Source of the DNA: Gnetum montanum
Lineage: Eukaryota; Plantae; Gnetophyta
DNA length: 64,000 nt
Direction of reading: 5' to 3'
Assembly (NCBI GenBank): GCA_015680685.1
Contig: MNCI01002119.1
Coordinates: 338,923 to 402,922, forward strand
Shown here: positions 12,737 through 25,965 of the stretch, one piece after another
Layout of the letters: every line of letters begins with the position of its first letter
How positions within the stretch are numbered: position 1 is the first letter of the stretch
The notes under the pieces: generated by a model
Seen by the model: the letters and a program-made list of their open reading frames with translations, nothing else
What the model was told of the DNA's origin: nothing
Database searches by the model: none
Position numbers and translations under genes: made by a program

Positions 12737-13857
12737 TAAAACACCATAAAATTTTAGGACTCTCATGTTCTAGCAGAGCCTTGAAACTTAGGTAAGGATT
12801 TCCACAAGTGTAGCATCATGAAAGTTCACACTGAGGGTCTAATCCAACAAGTTTTCTACTTCTAAGACTCACAAGCTTGCTGGGCTCGCCAACCTGCCCA
12901 AATGGATAGTTGGCCTAGCTGACAATCTACCCAAAGACCATGCTTGGAGTTGTCGACGGTGTTCAAGATGAGAAAAATAGTTCGGAAAGTTTTCTAGTGG
13001 AGAGGTTTGCTACGCTGCGTAGTGTAGCAAGCTTTCAAAAAATCAATCAAGCATCTGAATTACAAGATTTAGCAAGATGTTTGCATAAAGCAAACGCAGA
13101 ATTCAGCTAACACAAGGTGCTATGCTATGCTACACTACATAGTGTAGCATAGCATAGCAAGTGTGAGACACAGAAAGACTCCTCTGCCAAGACGCTTTGG
13201 CAAAAAGATCACATTTAGCAACATTTTGGCTTCTAGAACTACCCTGTCTCAGTTAGCCCTTGAACCACAAGTAAAGTTTTCTTGTGAAACTCCACAAGTT
13301 TGACAGAAATGCATGTTACATTGGCCGCTACACTATGCTATGCTACATAGCATAGCATAGCGTAGAAAAAGTGCAAATGAATAAAGTGCTCCAAAGATTA
13401 ACTCAATGTGTGCCAAGGCTTCCAGTGAATGCTGTCGACTCCAACACAAGTTTCCTGTTCAGACTGACGGCTACGCTATGCTATGCTACATAGCGTAGCA
13501 CAGCGTAGCAAGCAGCTATGCTATGCTATGCTACATAGCATAGCACAGCATAGCAAGCAGCTACGCTACATCAATATGCTAGATAGTGTAAGTGAACCGG
13601 TGGCTATGCTGTGCTATGCTACATAGCATAGCACAGCGTACCAAGTAGCTACACTACGATAATGTACTAGACAACATAAGTGATGCAAAGTTGATAGAGG
13701 CATCAGGACATCTTCAGCTACCTCTATAGCTTGTTAGTAATAACTAAGCTCATTGTGATTAGCACCTTTGTACCACTTTGACATACCCCTTAGTCCATCA
13801 CCCAAAATTTGTTGCTACACTTGACGCTATTCATAAGGATAGGGGAGACATAGTCCT
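12737..13857 (+). repeat. Left part of E's 5' LTR, with TGCTA/TAGCA palindromic microrepeats
   Basis: Starts TAAAACACC (mutated TGAAACACC); collinear with the B LTR up to about 10945. Confidence 0.8.
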
Positions 13858-15123
13858 TGTAATGAAGGAAAATGTTGGGTGCTGAAAACACTGATCGAAT
13901 TTTCGTGTACATAGTTCCAACCCTAGATCTGTGCAAGGGCCATGCTGGAGAAAACAAATTCAAGGTGCCCTAAATAGTCTTGTCTATCAAACAGGGACTT
14001 ACTTAAGCAGTAAATTTTGTAGTGATCGGATCACGAGATGATGATTTCAATATGAGGGTATAATATCGGTTGACAAGAAAATGTGATCTGCTCCAAGATC
14101 AAATCTTGAAGGTAGTGATAACAATGTAAACAATGCAAAACAATTATACAATCAATGTAAATAAAATGTAAAAAATCGAATTTGGAGAATGTGCGATCTC
14201 AAAATTTGGGATTGAACTTATAGACCAATATGTTGAATACAATGTTTGCAAGAAGACTTCGATTTAGACGAAGTGCATGCCAAGAACAAGAAGCTATTTA
14301 GAGATGAAACAAGCAAAGGCCAATCTACCTTGTTCTCTAGCCAATATGGACACAAGGGAGTCCAACACGAAGCAAAATTTCTATTAACTTCAAATCTTTG
14401 ACCAAAGTCTTCTCTCTGTCACTGTCTATATTCTTTCGATTGCCGATTCTCTTTTGTTCTCTAGCCAGTCTTTTGCCAAAATTTCCAACTATTTCCAACA
14501 GTTGCCAAATCCAATTTTTCCTACCCTTTGATCATTTTCAACTGGGGTATTTATAAGATTAGGGTTAGGAGAACAACGTGGTTTAGATGACACGTGTCTT
14601 GGGCCCACAAAATACCATTGACCTGATGTGTCATTGCTGAAGTTTGTAATATTATGTTGCGCTACACTCTGAAGCGTAGTATGGCGTAATCTACCCTTGT
14701 CTTTGATGTTGCAAGATTTTCAAGGCTTCGGTAGCAAACTATGCTGCGATTACATTGCAATACGCTAGGGAGCGTATTGTGTCGTAAGAACCACTAATAA
14801 TTGAATTTTGCTATCCCCATCATTGCGACTAGATCAACTGTCTGTTTTCGTTATGCTACATTACGTTGTGTTACGTAACGCGGCGTAATATGTCAAAAGT
14901 TAAGATTTTTGAAACATAGCTAACTTGCAAAGTTGAATCATTGCCATTGTGTATCCCTTGTTTTGTTTTTTCTTCTAGAGTCTATTAGACTGTGCTACGT
15001 AGCGTAGCGTAACAGGCCCTTAGCTGAAAAGGGAACTTGCTGAGCTACGCCACTTGTGGAAATATTTTCTTGAACTTCGAGACCTTGCTGAATCATCGAG
15101 GTCTCGAAATTCATGGTGTTTCA
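13858..15123 (-). repeat. 3' LTR of C
   Basis: Highly similar to 49184-50480; preceded on the minus strand by the PPT. Confidence 0.92.
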
Positions 15124-15127
15124 ATGG

Positions 15128-15136
15128 CCCCTCTTT
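15128..15136 (-). promoter_or_regulatory. Polypurine tract of C
   Basis: Minus strand AAAGAGGGG-CCAT-TGAAACACC; the same motif precedes D's 3' LTR. Confidence 0.8.
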
Positions 15137-16319
15137 GTTGATGTCTAGAGGGCTTGCTCGAGAGATGTCGACAAAGAATATGAAACACCATAGAGGTAAA
15201 GACGCCAACATCGTTCGTCAGCTACTACTCGGATGCCATCCTGTCAAACCTGGAAGTTCTAAGGTTAGGAGCGGAAGGAGCATAGGAGGGATCTTACATT
15301 TGTTTGGGAGGGAGGTTCAGGGAAGACTCAAGCATGCATAGAATGCTTCGCAAACATGTTGCTAGACAACTTCTTACGAGTGTTTTCCCAAGAGGTTATG
15401 CTACTGATGTACTGTATATGCGGGGCTTGCCTGGGCGAGTTGCGTTATGCCCACATGGCTTGAACGAGTTTTGTTTCATCCATTTTTCCTAGCTTTGCCT
15501 ATTTTTTTTTCATGCTTTCCATGAGGCAAGTTTTGTTACACCAGTTCATGGATGTCATGGTTATTCTTATGGGAAAGACCTCTTGTACGCTCACATTTTG
15601 TACAAATAGGAGAAGAGGGTAAGGGTGGTTGTAAGGATAAGGGAAGGTGAAAGTAAGATAAGGTGTCTGGTGGAGAGAAAGGTAGGGTCTGCACTCCCAA
15701 GTAGTCAGGCTAGTCTGAGCAACCACCTCAAAACACTGTGATGCCTCACCCTTCTAGTGAATGCACCTTTGAACAATGCTATCGTAGCAAGTAACCTGCA
15801 AAGCATAACAAAGAACAGAGAACAAAGCAATCGTCCTAATCGCTGGGGAGGCTGTTGAAATAAGTGTCATCCAAAGTGAAAAGGAGAGTGCAGGCCAAGG
15901 AGAAGGAACTATGACAAGAGGAACTAGTCCCTTTGTTGACACCGTGGCTTAGGAAATTACCATCGAAAGCTAGATTCATCTTATCCATCTGACTAGGCAA
16001 AGAACCAGTCAGATGAATCTACGAGGCCAAACTCTGGTGGCGGCAATAGCCAAAGGCAACCAAGGCTATGGGTGACCATAGTTTCCTTGGAGCCTCGAGT
16101 GGCAATGTTGGCCCTGGGAGCTGCAATTGCTGAGTGGCTATCATAGCAGCATCTCTGAGGGATCAGTAGTATGTCTTTCATCATATCCAAGGAATCAGTA
16201 GAATGCCTGGGGGTAGTGGTGTTGCTTTTGTTCCAATGCCCTACCCGTTCTCTCTGATAGGGATTTCATGCAAGAATGATCAGGCTTGCTTGTTGCATGG
16301 ATGGTCTATTAGTAGATTC

Positions 16320-16700
16320 CAATTTTAAGTCATGGCAGACCGTAGTTGCTGGTTTTAAGTCCCAGCAGACCATGGTCCCAGTTTAAAGTCTAAGCATACT
16401 AAAGTGTGCTAGTTTTGCATTGTAGCGGACAGTGGAAGAGCTAGTTTATGGTCCTAGAAGACCGTGCTATGGGTGTCAGTTTCATGTCTTGACCCAGGGA
16501 CAAGTCTATGCTGGTTTAGCATCTTAGTAGATGGATGCTTACCTTGCCATTTTTACATCGTGATGGATGGTCAAAAAGCTTGCCAGTTTAGTGTCGTGGC
16601 AGATGCATGCAGAAAGTGCCAGTTTTACGTTATAACGGACATGTACAACACTACCAGTTTTACGTTGTAGCAAATGATTATTACCTTGCATTTAAGCCGA
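16320..16700 (-). repeat. Array of hairpin+TAAACT motifs in C's 3' UTR
   Basis: Minus-strand copies such as GGTC-TTCTAG-GACC-ATAAACTAG, CATC-TACTAA-GATG-CTAAACC and CATC-CATCAC-GATG-TAAAATGG. Confidence 0.75.
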
Positions 16701-19408
16701 GACAACATATAGATGTAGTACCACTTCAGATACATATGATTCACCGAATTTGGAAGTTCATTGTCATCAATGTCTGCTAGCCAGAATGCTCCGTTGCCGT
16801 ATGCGTTGACGACCAAGAAAGGGCCTTCCTAGTTTGCAGAAAATTTGCTTGCTGGTTCATGAACTACCTTGAGAACTAAGTCTCCTTTCTTGATTAGTCT
16901 CTGATGCAGGTTGTCATGATGCTTCTATTTTTTCCTGTCCTGATATCTTTCAATGTTGTCGAGTGTCTAGATGTGTTTCTCCTCTACTGAGTCTAGATCC
17001 ATGATCTTGGACTCATTGTGATGAGTCTCATTTATAACTGTGGAGAGGACCATCTGTAGTGAGGGAACCTGTAGTTCAAGGGGCAACACTACTTCAGATC
17101 CATAGACTAGGCTGTAGGGTGTCGTACTGGTGGCTATTCTGTAGGTCGTACGATAGGCCCATAGCACATACAGGATCTTCTCATGCCATCATTTCTTGTT
17201 GTTGTTGAGCATCTTTTTCAATAAATTGATGATCACCTTGTTTGTCGCCTCTACTTGATCATTTTCTTGCAGGTAATAAGGTGATGAAAAATATTACTTG
17301 ATACCAAGGTTATTGCAGAAAGAATTGGTTTCAGTACTACTAAATTGTGGCCCATTGTTAGTCACAATAGTCATAGGAAGTCTAAATCTAGTTACTATGT
17401 TATCCAAGATAAAATGGCAAACCTATTTAGATGTAGTCTTTCATAGGGGAATAGCCTCTACCCACTTCATGAAATACTCAGTGGCGGTGATAATGAAGCT
17501 ATGTCCTATGGAAGACTTAGGCATGATGGGGCCTATGATGTCTAGTCCCCATCATTGGAATGGCCAAGTGATCTGTGTAGAATGAAACTTAGTTGGTGAC
17601 ACATGTATTAGATTCATGTAACATTGGCATGTATCGCATGTCTTAATCTTGGCAAGGTAGCCTCATTCCATGTATGGCCAGTAATACCCTAAGCATCTGA
17701 TTTTAGCAACCATGGCTCGTGGGACTATATGTCCTCCACATAGTCCCTCGTGGGCTTCACTAACTATCTTTCATGCTTGGTTGTTGTTAATGCAGGTTAA
17801 TAATACCCCATCAAAGGAGCGTCTCCATAGAGTATTGTCTCCAATGATGACGTATTTCCTGGCATGCTTGCGGATTGCGTCCTTTTGTGCATATGTCAAC
17901 TCGTGCAGTGGTTCGCCATGTAGAAGGTAGGTTCTAATGTTATTGTACCATTCTGGTGTCCCTTCCGCACTTAATGAAGAGATTTGCTCACTTGAATCAT
18001 GGGGTCTGTACATTCCATCATTAAAGTAGACAAGATGGAAAATAGATGTGGTGGCACATTTAAAGCGAGTGTAGCTAATGCATAAGCTACAGTGTTCTCA
18101 CTGCGTGCCAGATGTCGGACGTCAATCGTTGTGAATCGTTTTAGGAGATCTTTAGCCATATCGTAGTAGGGCTGTAGATGCATATCTTTGCAGGCATAGA
18201 CTCCTATGATTTTATTGAGAACAAGCATCGAATCACCTCAGATTGCCAAGTGTCTAACGTTGAGTTCCCTAGCTGTTAACAGTCCCCTAATGAGCCCCTC
18301 GTACTCTGCCACATTGTTCATACAAGGAAACGCCAGGTGGTAAGCCAGTGGGTGAACATCCTCAATGTAATGATGGTGGTGGTACTACCACCTCTGGTGG
18401 TTGAAGCTTCATCAAAATATAACATCGCTTCGAGGCCTACTGATACAAGGCTTAAAATATGTACATGTTCATAAGGAAACTTTGGTTCTATCGTAGCTTG
18501 ATCGTCAATATGTGATGTTACAAGCTGGTGAGCTATCGCTTGGCCTTTCGTGGAAGATTGGCCAACATAGTGTAAGTCAAATTCTGCTATGATGGCTTTC
18601 CAGCAGGCTATCCTACTACTCTCATATAAATTATTTGTGATGGCCCGCAGAATGTTGTTCTTGCAAATTATGTTAACTTGGCTACGGAAGAGATAGTGTC
18701 TACATTTCTTGAGCACAAAAACCAATGCCAAACAATTATGTTGTACTTCATTATACCTTGTTTCATATGCAAATAGAGCATGACTTAGATAATAGATAGG
18801 GATTTTTGACCCATCGTCCCTCTTCTGACACAACGACGTAGTTATAGACACATCCGAGCTTGCCAAGTAGATGTAGAAATCCTGATCCCTTTGTGGTGGG
18901 AAAAACCATTGGCAAGTGTAGCAACTCTTTCTTCAGGTTGTCGAATGCACGCTAGTAGTTCTTGATCCATTCGAAGTTAACCCCCCTTCTTGAGCAAATG
19001 TTGCATAGGATGTAATTTGTCCGTTAACTTCGAGATGAACCTCCTGATAAATTGTAACATACCCTGCAACTCGCGTAGTTCTTTAAGGTTTGTAGGTGCT
19101 GCTAGGCTAACGATGTCCTTAACCTTGTCAAGGTCGACTCGTATGCCAGTCTCTGATACCACAAACCCCAACATGCATCCGGTTTTGACTCCAAACATGC
19201 ATTTTCTTTGGTTGAGCCATAGGTCATGCATGAGACATCATTTAAGGATTAAGTCTAGGTCTTTTGGGTGATCTTCCGACTTCTTAGATTTGATAGCTAT
19301 GTCATCTACGTAGTCGTTCAATCTCTCTAGGATGTAATCACTAAAGATATATGTCATGGCACGTTGATAAGTTGCTCCAGAATTTTTTAACCTGAAAGGC
19401 ATCATGGT
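16700..19408 (-). pseudogene. pol: C pol, 3' part (RT C-terminus, RNase H, archaeal-type RNase H, integrase)
   Basis: Fragments: NDYVDD, KCMFGVKTG..LGFVVS, PIYYLSH, YFDEASTTRGG..NNVAEYE, HEGLCGGH, WGLDIIGP, LWAYRTT..TPYSLVYGSE; many stops and frameshifts. Confidence 0.92.
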
Positions 19409-20774
19409 TGAAACACCACAAAATTTTGGCCTAGCACTTTCAAAAGATCCAAGTTAAGTCATGTAGCTGCCCAAGCATGAGTACAGCATGACCAAACTTT
19501 GACACCTCCAAAACAGCTCTCGATGGTTCATGATTCAACAGGCAAGGTTCCCCTGGGACCCACAGGCAACTACACCAACTTTTGGTGTCCAGAATCAAAG
19601 GTTTTGCACTCAAAATACTTGGTCTTCACTAAATACACTTTGTTTATATTTTCTTACACTGCACAGCGTAAGGCTCAGCGTCACCAACTTTTGGAGCCCC
19701 AAAACTGAGCCAAAATAGGCCAAAATTGAGCACAAGGACCCCCCATGACCTTCACTAATGGTTGCCCAAGGTCCCCAGCCCTCAGAATCTTGATTTTGGG
19801 CTCAAAAATACATTGTTTTCACTACTCACACCCAAGTCACGCCCAGCTCACACCCAGCTCATGCTCACGCCCAGGTCACACCCAGCTCACACTAATAGCA
19901 TGAGCTCAGCATGAGCTGCCAAAAATCTCTCAGAATATATCAGACGCATGCCAAAAACACACCAAGGCAAGATCCAGCATTCGATCCAAGTGAGCCAGAA
20001 TCAAATTTTGAATTCATTGTTAATGTTCATTGTAAGATTCGCAATTTTTAAATTTGCCAAGCTCTTATGCTACTTTCATGGGCATAAGATAGCTTGCATT
20101 GTAAGATACAGTGCACCTAGTCTAGAATGTAGTTTGCCCATGTACACCTGTCATGCAATCCGTTTTCTTGCATCTTGCAGCCACTGATCTGATTCATTCC
20201 TACGCCCAAGACAAGTAGACAAATACTCTGTTCAAACACATAAATGGGGTTGGCAAATGTTGGCAGAAATTTAGCAAGAAACCAACAATCTTGAGCTCGG
20301 ATGCATGTGATTCCCAGCACCTACAAACACCACGCATCGGGGCTTGACGTCTAACTCGCAGCACAACTACGTTCTGACTAGTGCACATTTTTGTCAATTA
20401 ATACAATACAATTTCATTTTTACCATCCATTGTCTTATTCTGAGTTATTTTTCTGCATTTTCCATTTTGCTGCATCTTCCTACATACATTCTGTTTCTAT
20501 TACGTTCATTACGCCCTATTACACTCATTATGCCTTGCTACGTTTGTTACACTCTGCTATTTTCTCTGTTCTATGTTTGTAACGATAACCCTAGCGCAGG
20601 CAATAGCGTACGCTCAGGAAAGTCCTTGGTAGATCTATGTGTGGACCATCCAAGGCACTCTGCCTTCATTTTTCCAATGTGCCCTCATGCAAAGGTAGGG
20701 TCGTCTGTATCTCTCTGGAGATCTTTCAGCGTTTGTTTCCTTCCAACCTTACGTTGACGATTTCGAACAGCACA
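19409..20774 (+). repeat. 5' LTR of D
   Basis: TGAAACACC..ACAGCACA; matches 33444-34781. Confidence 0.93.
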
Positions 20775-20779
20775 GAATT

Positions 20780-20796
20780 TGACGCTAGAAGGAGGG
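20780..20796 (+). promoter_or_regulatory. PBS of D (tRNA-Asn type)
   Basis: TGACGCTAGAAGGAGGG, 5 nt after the LTR end. Confidence 0.85.
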
Positions 20797-20933
20797 CCAC
20801 TTGTTTACCGTTTGATAAAACCTTAGTCACCCCAAAATTCAAAACGTTGCACAGATTAAGCACTAAAACCAAAACTCTTGTTTACCCTTAACCTATTCTT
20901 GCTAGACTTGCTCACGTTGCAGATTTTTACACC

Positions 20934-21382
20934 CTGAGCTTGGTTACGCTCAGATCAGTTTTACTCACGCTAAGCCTGGTTACGCTCAGATCAATTTTAC
21001 TCATGTTGAGCTTGGTTACGCTCAGATCAGTTTTACTCACGCTGAGCTTGGTTATGCTCAAATCAGTTTTACTCACACTAAGCTTGGTTACGCTCAGACT
21101 AGATCTACTCATGCTGAGCCTGGTTACGCTCAGATCAATTTTACTCATGTTGAGCTTGGTTACGCTCAGACCAATTTACTCACGTTGAGCCTGGTTACAC
21201 TTAGACCAGTTTACTCATGCTGAGCCTGGTTACGCTCAGACCAGATTTACTCACGTTGAGCTTAGTTACTCTTAGATCAATTTTACTCACACTGAGCTTA
21301 GTTACACTCAGATCAGTTTTACTCACGTTGAGCTTGGTTACGCTCAGACTAGTTTACTCACACTGAGCCCAGTCCGCTCAAG
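20934..21382 (+). repeat. 36-nt tandem repeat (about 12 copies) in D's leader between PBS and gag
   Basis: Unit CTGAGCTTGGTTACGCTCAGATCAGTTTTACTCACG, containing the inverted repeat CTGAGC-N8-GCTCAG. Confidence 0.92.
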
Positions 21383-21436
21383 CTAGCCTTACATATGCTG
21401 CTTACATAAATTCAGCTAGTCAAACTAGTTATACAC

Positions 21437-24400
21437 ATGAAAGCTTCCCGGATCAAAGCAACATTGCCCATCTCTGGCCTTAATGCTGAAGTCCCAAATC
21501 CTGTGACCACAACTGAATCCTTAGTCACCATTGGAGAGATGAACCTTCAAGGACCAACTCGTTGGTCACTTAGGTTACAAGGCAAAGACCCCACCTATAC
21601 AGTTCTCACCCTGGAACAATACAATTTCATCTGTGTAAAGATCCAAGCCAATCTACCTACTGATCATGCAGAAATAGAAGAAAAATGACATTTTGAGCTC
21701 ATCTATAAGGAAGGCCACAACTTTATCCCCTTAGCATACGATGTGATTCCTCTCTCAAAATCTCATCATGAACTTATAAGCCAACTCCTCATGGCAAGGG
21801 ATCAAACCTTATTGCAACCTATCAGAGAGCTTCAAAATGGAAATGAGGAGGACGATTTTGCAGCTCAATCCAAACACGGGGATTCGTACCATACTCTCAG
21901 TCCACATACTTATGCGAATCCATTATTCCACCCTTTCACTGGGGATACCATGTCTCTCCATTCATTTAAGACCACTCAAACACATGTGCCCCAACAAGAA
22001 GTGTCCAGTATTATTCCCACTTTCCCTATGACCAACTCTCAATTCACTATGCCCATCCCCACTATCCCTCCGATTACTACCTTACCCTCCCTCTTACAAG
22101 TACAACCCCCCTCTCAAATTAATGTAGGAGCAACTTTGCCACCCCAAGTAATTAGGATGCCATCCGTGATACCTTCTACCACATCTACACACTTCATCCC
22201 ATGAGTACAAATTCATGCCACACCCTTGGCTCCTCCAGTACAACACCAGGTACAAAGTCTTCATGCACAACCCACAGTTGGGCAATGGCTTACCCCTATT
22301 GCTCAACAACAACAACAACCCACACCTTACGATATGCTGCCCTTAGTAGCACCTGCTATAAACATGCCACAAGCACAACCTCCGATCACTCAACAATCAT
22401 CATTCCCACCAATCATAAAATAGTCTAATTTGTATGGCACTCAAACTAACTAACCTCCCCCTTTACCTAGTACCCAAGACTGGGCTAAAGCTAAAAAAAT
22501 GATGCAAGAACTAGCTGATGAGGTAAAAGGCCTCAAAACCGCTAACAATGAAGAGCTTAAAGTATTAGACTTTTACCAAGATGATCCTATTAGCTCTTTG
22601 GTCCCACCATTGACCTTGTCCAAAGGAGTTTCTTTGCCTCAACTAACCAAATACAACGGGGAAGGAGATCCCAATGCCCATCTAGTCACATTTAGACTAT
22701 AATGCTTGTTGCTTCAGGCTTGGCCCCATGCAATCTTGTGTGTGTTCACCATGTCCCTTACTGGCAGAGCATTAAACTGGTACCGAGCCTTACCTCGTAA
22801 CTCCATATCCTCTTTGGAGGACCTCTTACACTAGTTCGTTACCAGGTTTAAATACAACCTAAAACCTGAAGCAATCTTGGATAGTTTGATATAGGTAAAA
22901 CAAGCACCCCTTGAACCTGTACAAAAATTTATCCAAAGATGGAGTGCTGCACTCAATGAGCTTCATGAACCAATCCCAAAAACGTACCTTCTTACGATTC
23001 TTAAGGGAGTCATGAATGATTTCTTCAAATCAAAACTATACTACCTAAATGCACGCACTCTAAGCCAAGCTTTTGTACAGATTAAAAACATAGAAGAGGC
23101 AACCCAAAATAGCCATGACTCTGCTTACTTAGCCTTCAAAAATCAACACACCAAAAGGGATAAAGAAAAGGCTAAAGCAACAGTAGCGGCAATAGCAGAA
23201 ACTCAACCTACTAGAATGGCACAGCAAGGCAGACCACCTACTGCCCTCGTTAACTATGAGAGAACTGCTCCCACACACACACCTGAATCATCAACCACAC
23301 AAGCTAATAACAAAGGTTACACACGTACGTTCGAAAGGAAATACCCTGCCCACTACACACCGCTCCCCATGAAGCCTTCTCAATTATTAGACAAACTTTT
23401 GAAGGCTGGGACCATTAAACACAAGCAGTTGTCCCCGAAGGTAGCCTAGAGACATGACCAATTCAATGAATTGGCCAAAAACCTAAGCTTGGCGACACCA
23501 AATGAACCTCCTATTCCAAAAGGCTTCAAACTAGATCAATTTTGCAAGTACCATCAACGGAATGGGCATGGTACTGATTATTGTTTCACCCTCAAACAAG
23601 ACATACAATGTATGATCGATAGGGGTGAAATAACATTTGATGATGCCAACCCTGTTAAACAGTAAAATCAACCTATGGGCATGTACAAAGACCCCCTTAA
23701 TGCTAAGGAAGACCCTTACATTATTAACATGATCCATATCAAAAATGAGCAAGGAATGCCCAGAAAACCTTTCGTGATTCATGTTCCTCCTACAACGTCA
23801 ACATCATCTCCACAATCTTCGTATCCCACATACAATCTGCCTACACCTACAAAACCATTCATCGTTCATGTACCCCCCTGTCAATGCAACCGTAAATGTA
23901 CAACCACCTACCCAGCCCACTCCCTTTGTGGTCCGGGTGCCACCTGCGGTTGCAACCACGGAGGTACCAACACAAAACCAACCAACTCCCTTCGTAATCA
24001 GGGTACCCAAACACCCTGATCTTCAACCCTCTACTCCTCAACTGCAAACCAAACCAACCCCGTTCGTCATTAGGGTGCCTAAACATCTTGACACACAACC
24101 ACCTCCAACTGTTCAATCGCAATCCTAACCCACTCCATTCATAATCCATGTCCCAAAAAAACCTGATGTTCAAGCTCCAACAGTTCCTCCATGACCTTCA
24201 CGAGAATGTCTTGCTGACAGACTTACCAAGGAACGGTTGGAAAAGGAACATCGAAGTCTCGAATTGGGGCCACCAAAACCCATTCCCTTAAACGTTGTAC
24301 CTATGGCTTCGACAACCAACGAGCCGAGCACAAGTCACAAATGTAAAACATCGGGAATGCCAAATACGGCAAAGCCAATTATCACATTAAACCACGTGAA

Positions 24401-25466
24401 AACCACTCCACAAGAGATACAGCTGCTAGGTCCAATGGACCAAGTCTCAATGAACATACCGAATAGTAAAGACTTAGCCAGTGCCCTAACTGAGGTCACA
24501 CAGGCAGTAAAACAAAAAACTACATCCTTAAGTCTGTATGATCTAGTGATGACTTCTCAGGTGCACCATGAAGCCTTGGTACAAATGCTCACTTTGATCC
24601 AGGTTAGTGAGGACCTACCTACCACTGAACCATCAATTCATGCAGTGATGTCTCCACAACAAAGATCAGGTTCCACATCACTAGGCTTTCATCCCGAAAA
24701 CATTAAAATAGATGAAAAAATTGGAGAAATCACCACTACCCCTATGTTCATAACCATTCAAGAAAACAAGTTTAAAATACATAGGGTGCATGTTGACGAC
24801 GGGGCAGCCACTAATGTAATACCTTTCCCCGTCATCGAAAAATTAGGCCTCACAGAGCAGATTCACCCAACGGCAACAATGTTCCTAAAATCTTTTAGTG
24901 GGTCACGTGTCGTGGTTAAAGGCACAATCACTTTGGATTTCATAATAGGGAACCAGTTCCCCACGTCAGCTGAATTTGTAGTCGTAGACGAGATGCCTGG
25001 ATTTAACTTGATATTGGGATGACTATGGTTAGCCCAATTAAAAGCGGTTTCCTCACCCATCCACCAAGAGATTCACTTACCCTATGAAGGTGGTGAAATC
25101 ATCATACACAGTGATACGGCTACACTCAACTCTTTGGCACACGTAGGCACAAACCAAGGCTCAGAGGTTGAATTCAATGAGCCTAAACAGGACGACACTA
25201 CCCTCAAGCTTAAACAAGACACCACACCTATCAAAAACCAAAGTGATAACCAATCCCCAAACCGTGATCCCCCAGAAGATACAGAAACATTACAGAACAT
25301 GGAAACATCAGAGCATGTTGACATAGGAGTTATTCCCCCAAACCTCTCATGGTCTGAATTGCCGTTTAACATAATTAGCGAAGGAGATGCCGAATACACA
25401 ATTACACCAACATGCCCAACACGCCATGTCAATCTGTGAAAATTAAAGAAGTTACTCAACCATTAA
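21437..25466 (+). pseudogene. gag: D gag-protease
   Basis: ORF fragments: TKYNGEGDPNAHL, knuckle CKYHQRNGHGTDYC, PFVIRVP repeats, protease VHVDDGAATNVIP..FNLILG, tail WSELPF. Confidence 0.9.
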
Positions 25467-25474
25467 ACAACAAT

Positions 25475-25965
25475 CGTCCAAAATGACGCTAAACTACTAT
25501 CGTCCGAAATTATGTTAAACTACCACCATGTCCGCAATGACATAAAACTAGCCACAATCATAAAACTAGCCACGGTCAGAAATGGCCGGTTCATCTTAAA
25601 ACCCACCAAAACAGTTTAAATCTCTCTTGTTTCTTGTGGCCCGAAATGGCCTTAAACTAGAATAAGTTATGCTTCCGCTTAATTAAAATTACATTCTAGT
25701 TTGCATGCATAGTTGCATCCCTGCTTTACAAATTACCATGTCCCTCACATTTCTTCTACACTGTTATCACTTTAGTTGCATCCACGCTTATATTTACAAA
25801 TAATTAAGACAACAAAACAACAAAAAATTATATAAGAAAAAAAAAGAAAAATAATAATAAACTTTCGCCAAAAACAACTACAGTCTCTTCTTCCTTCGAC
25901 AAAGATACGATAGTCCATCATGACTTTAAACTGATGCATCTAGCCCGAAATGGCTTTAAACTAGA
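25475..25965 (+). repeat. Hairpin+TAAACT motif array after D's gag-PR stop
   Basis: CGTC-CAAAAT-GACG-CTAAACTA (25475), ATGTC-CGCAAT-GACAT-AAAACTAG (25528), GGCC-CGAAAT-GGCC-TTAAACTAG (25638), AGTC-CATCAT-GACT-TTAAACTG, AGCC-CGAAAT-GGCT-TTAAACTAG. Confidence 0.8.

Noticed and set aside
15140-16310. Possible extra ORF in the 3' region of C (and D 32400-33420)
   Set aside because: Only short unrelated ORFs, with no peptide similarity between C and D that I could recognise.
20927-21188. Repetitive ORFs (LSVTKLSVSKTD / LVTLRSVLLTLS)
   Set aside because: By-product of a 36-nt (multiple of 3) tandem repeat.
20934-21382. 36-nt palindromic repeats resembling a CRISPR array
   Set aside because: Units are head-to-tail with no unique spacers, no cas genes are present, and the context is a eukaryotic retrotransposon leader.
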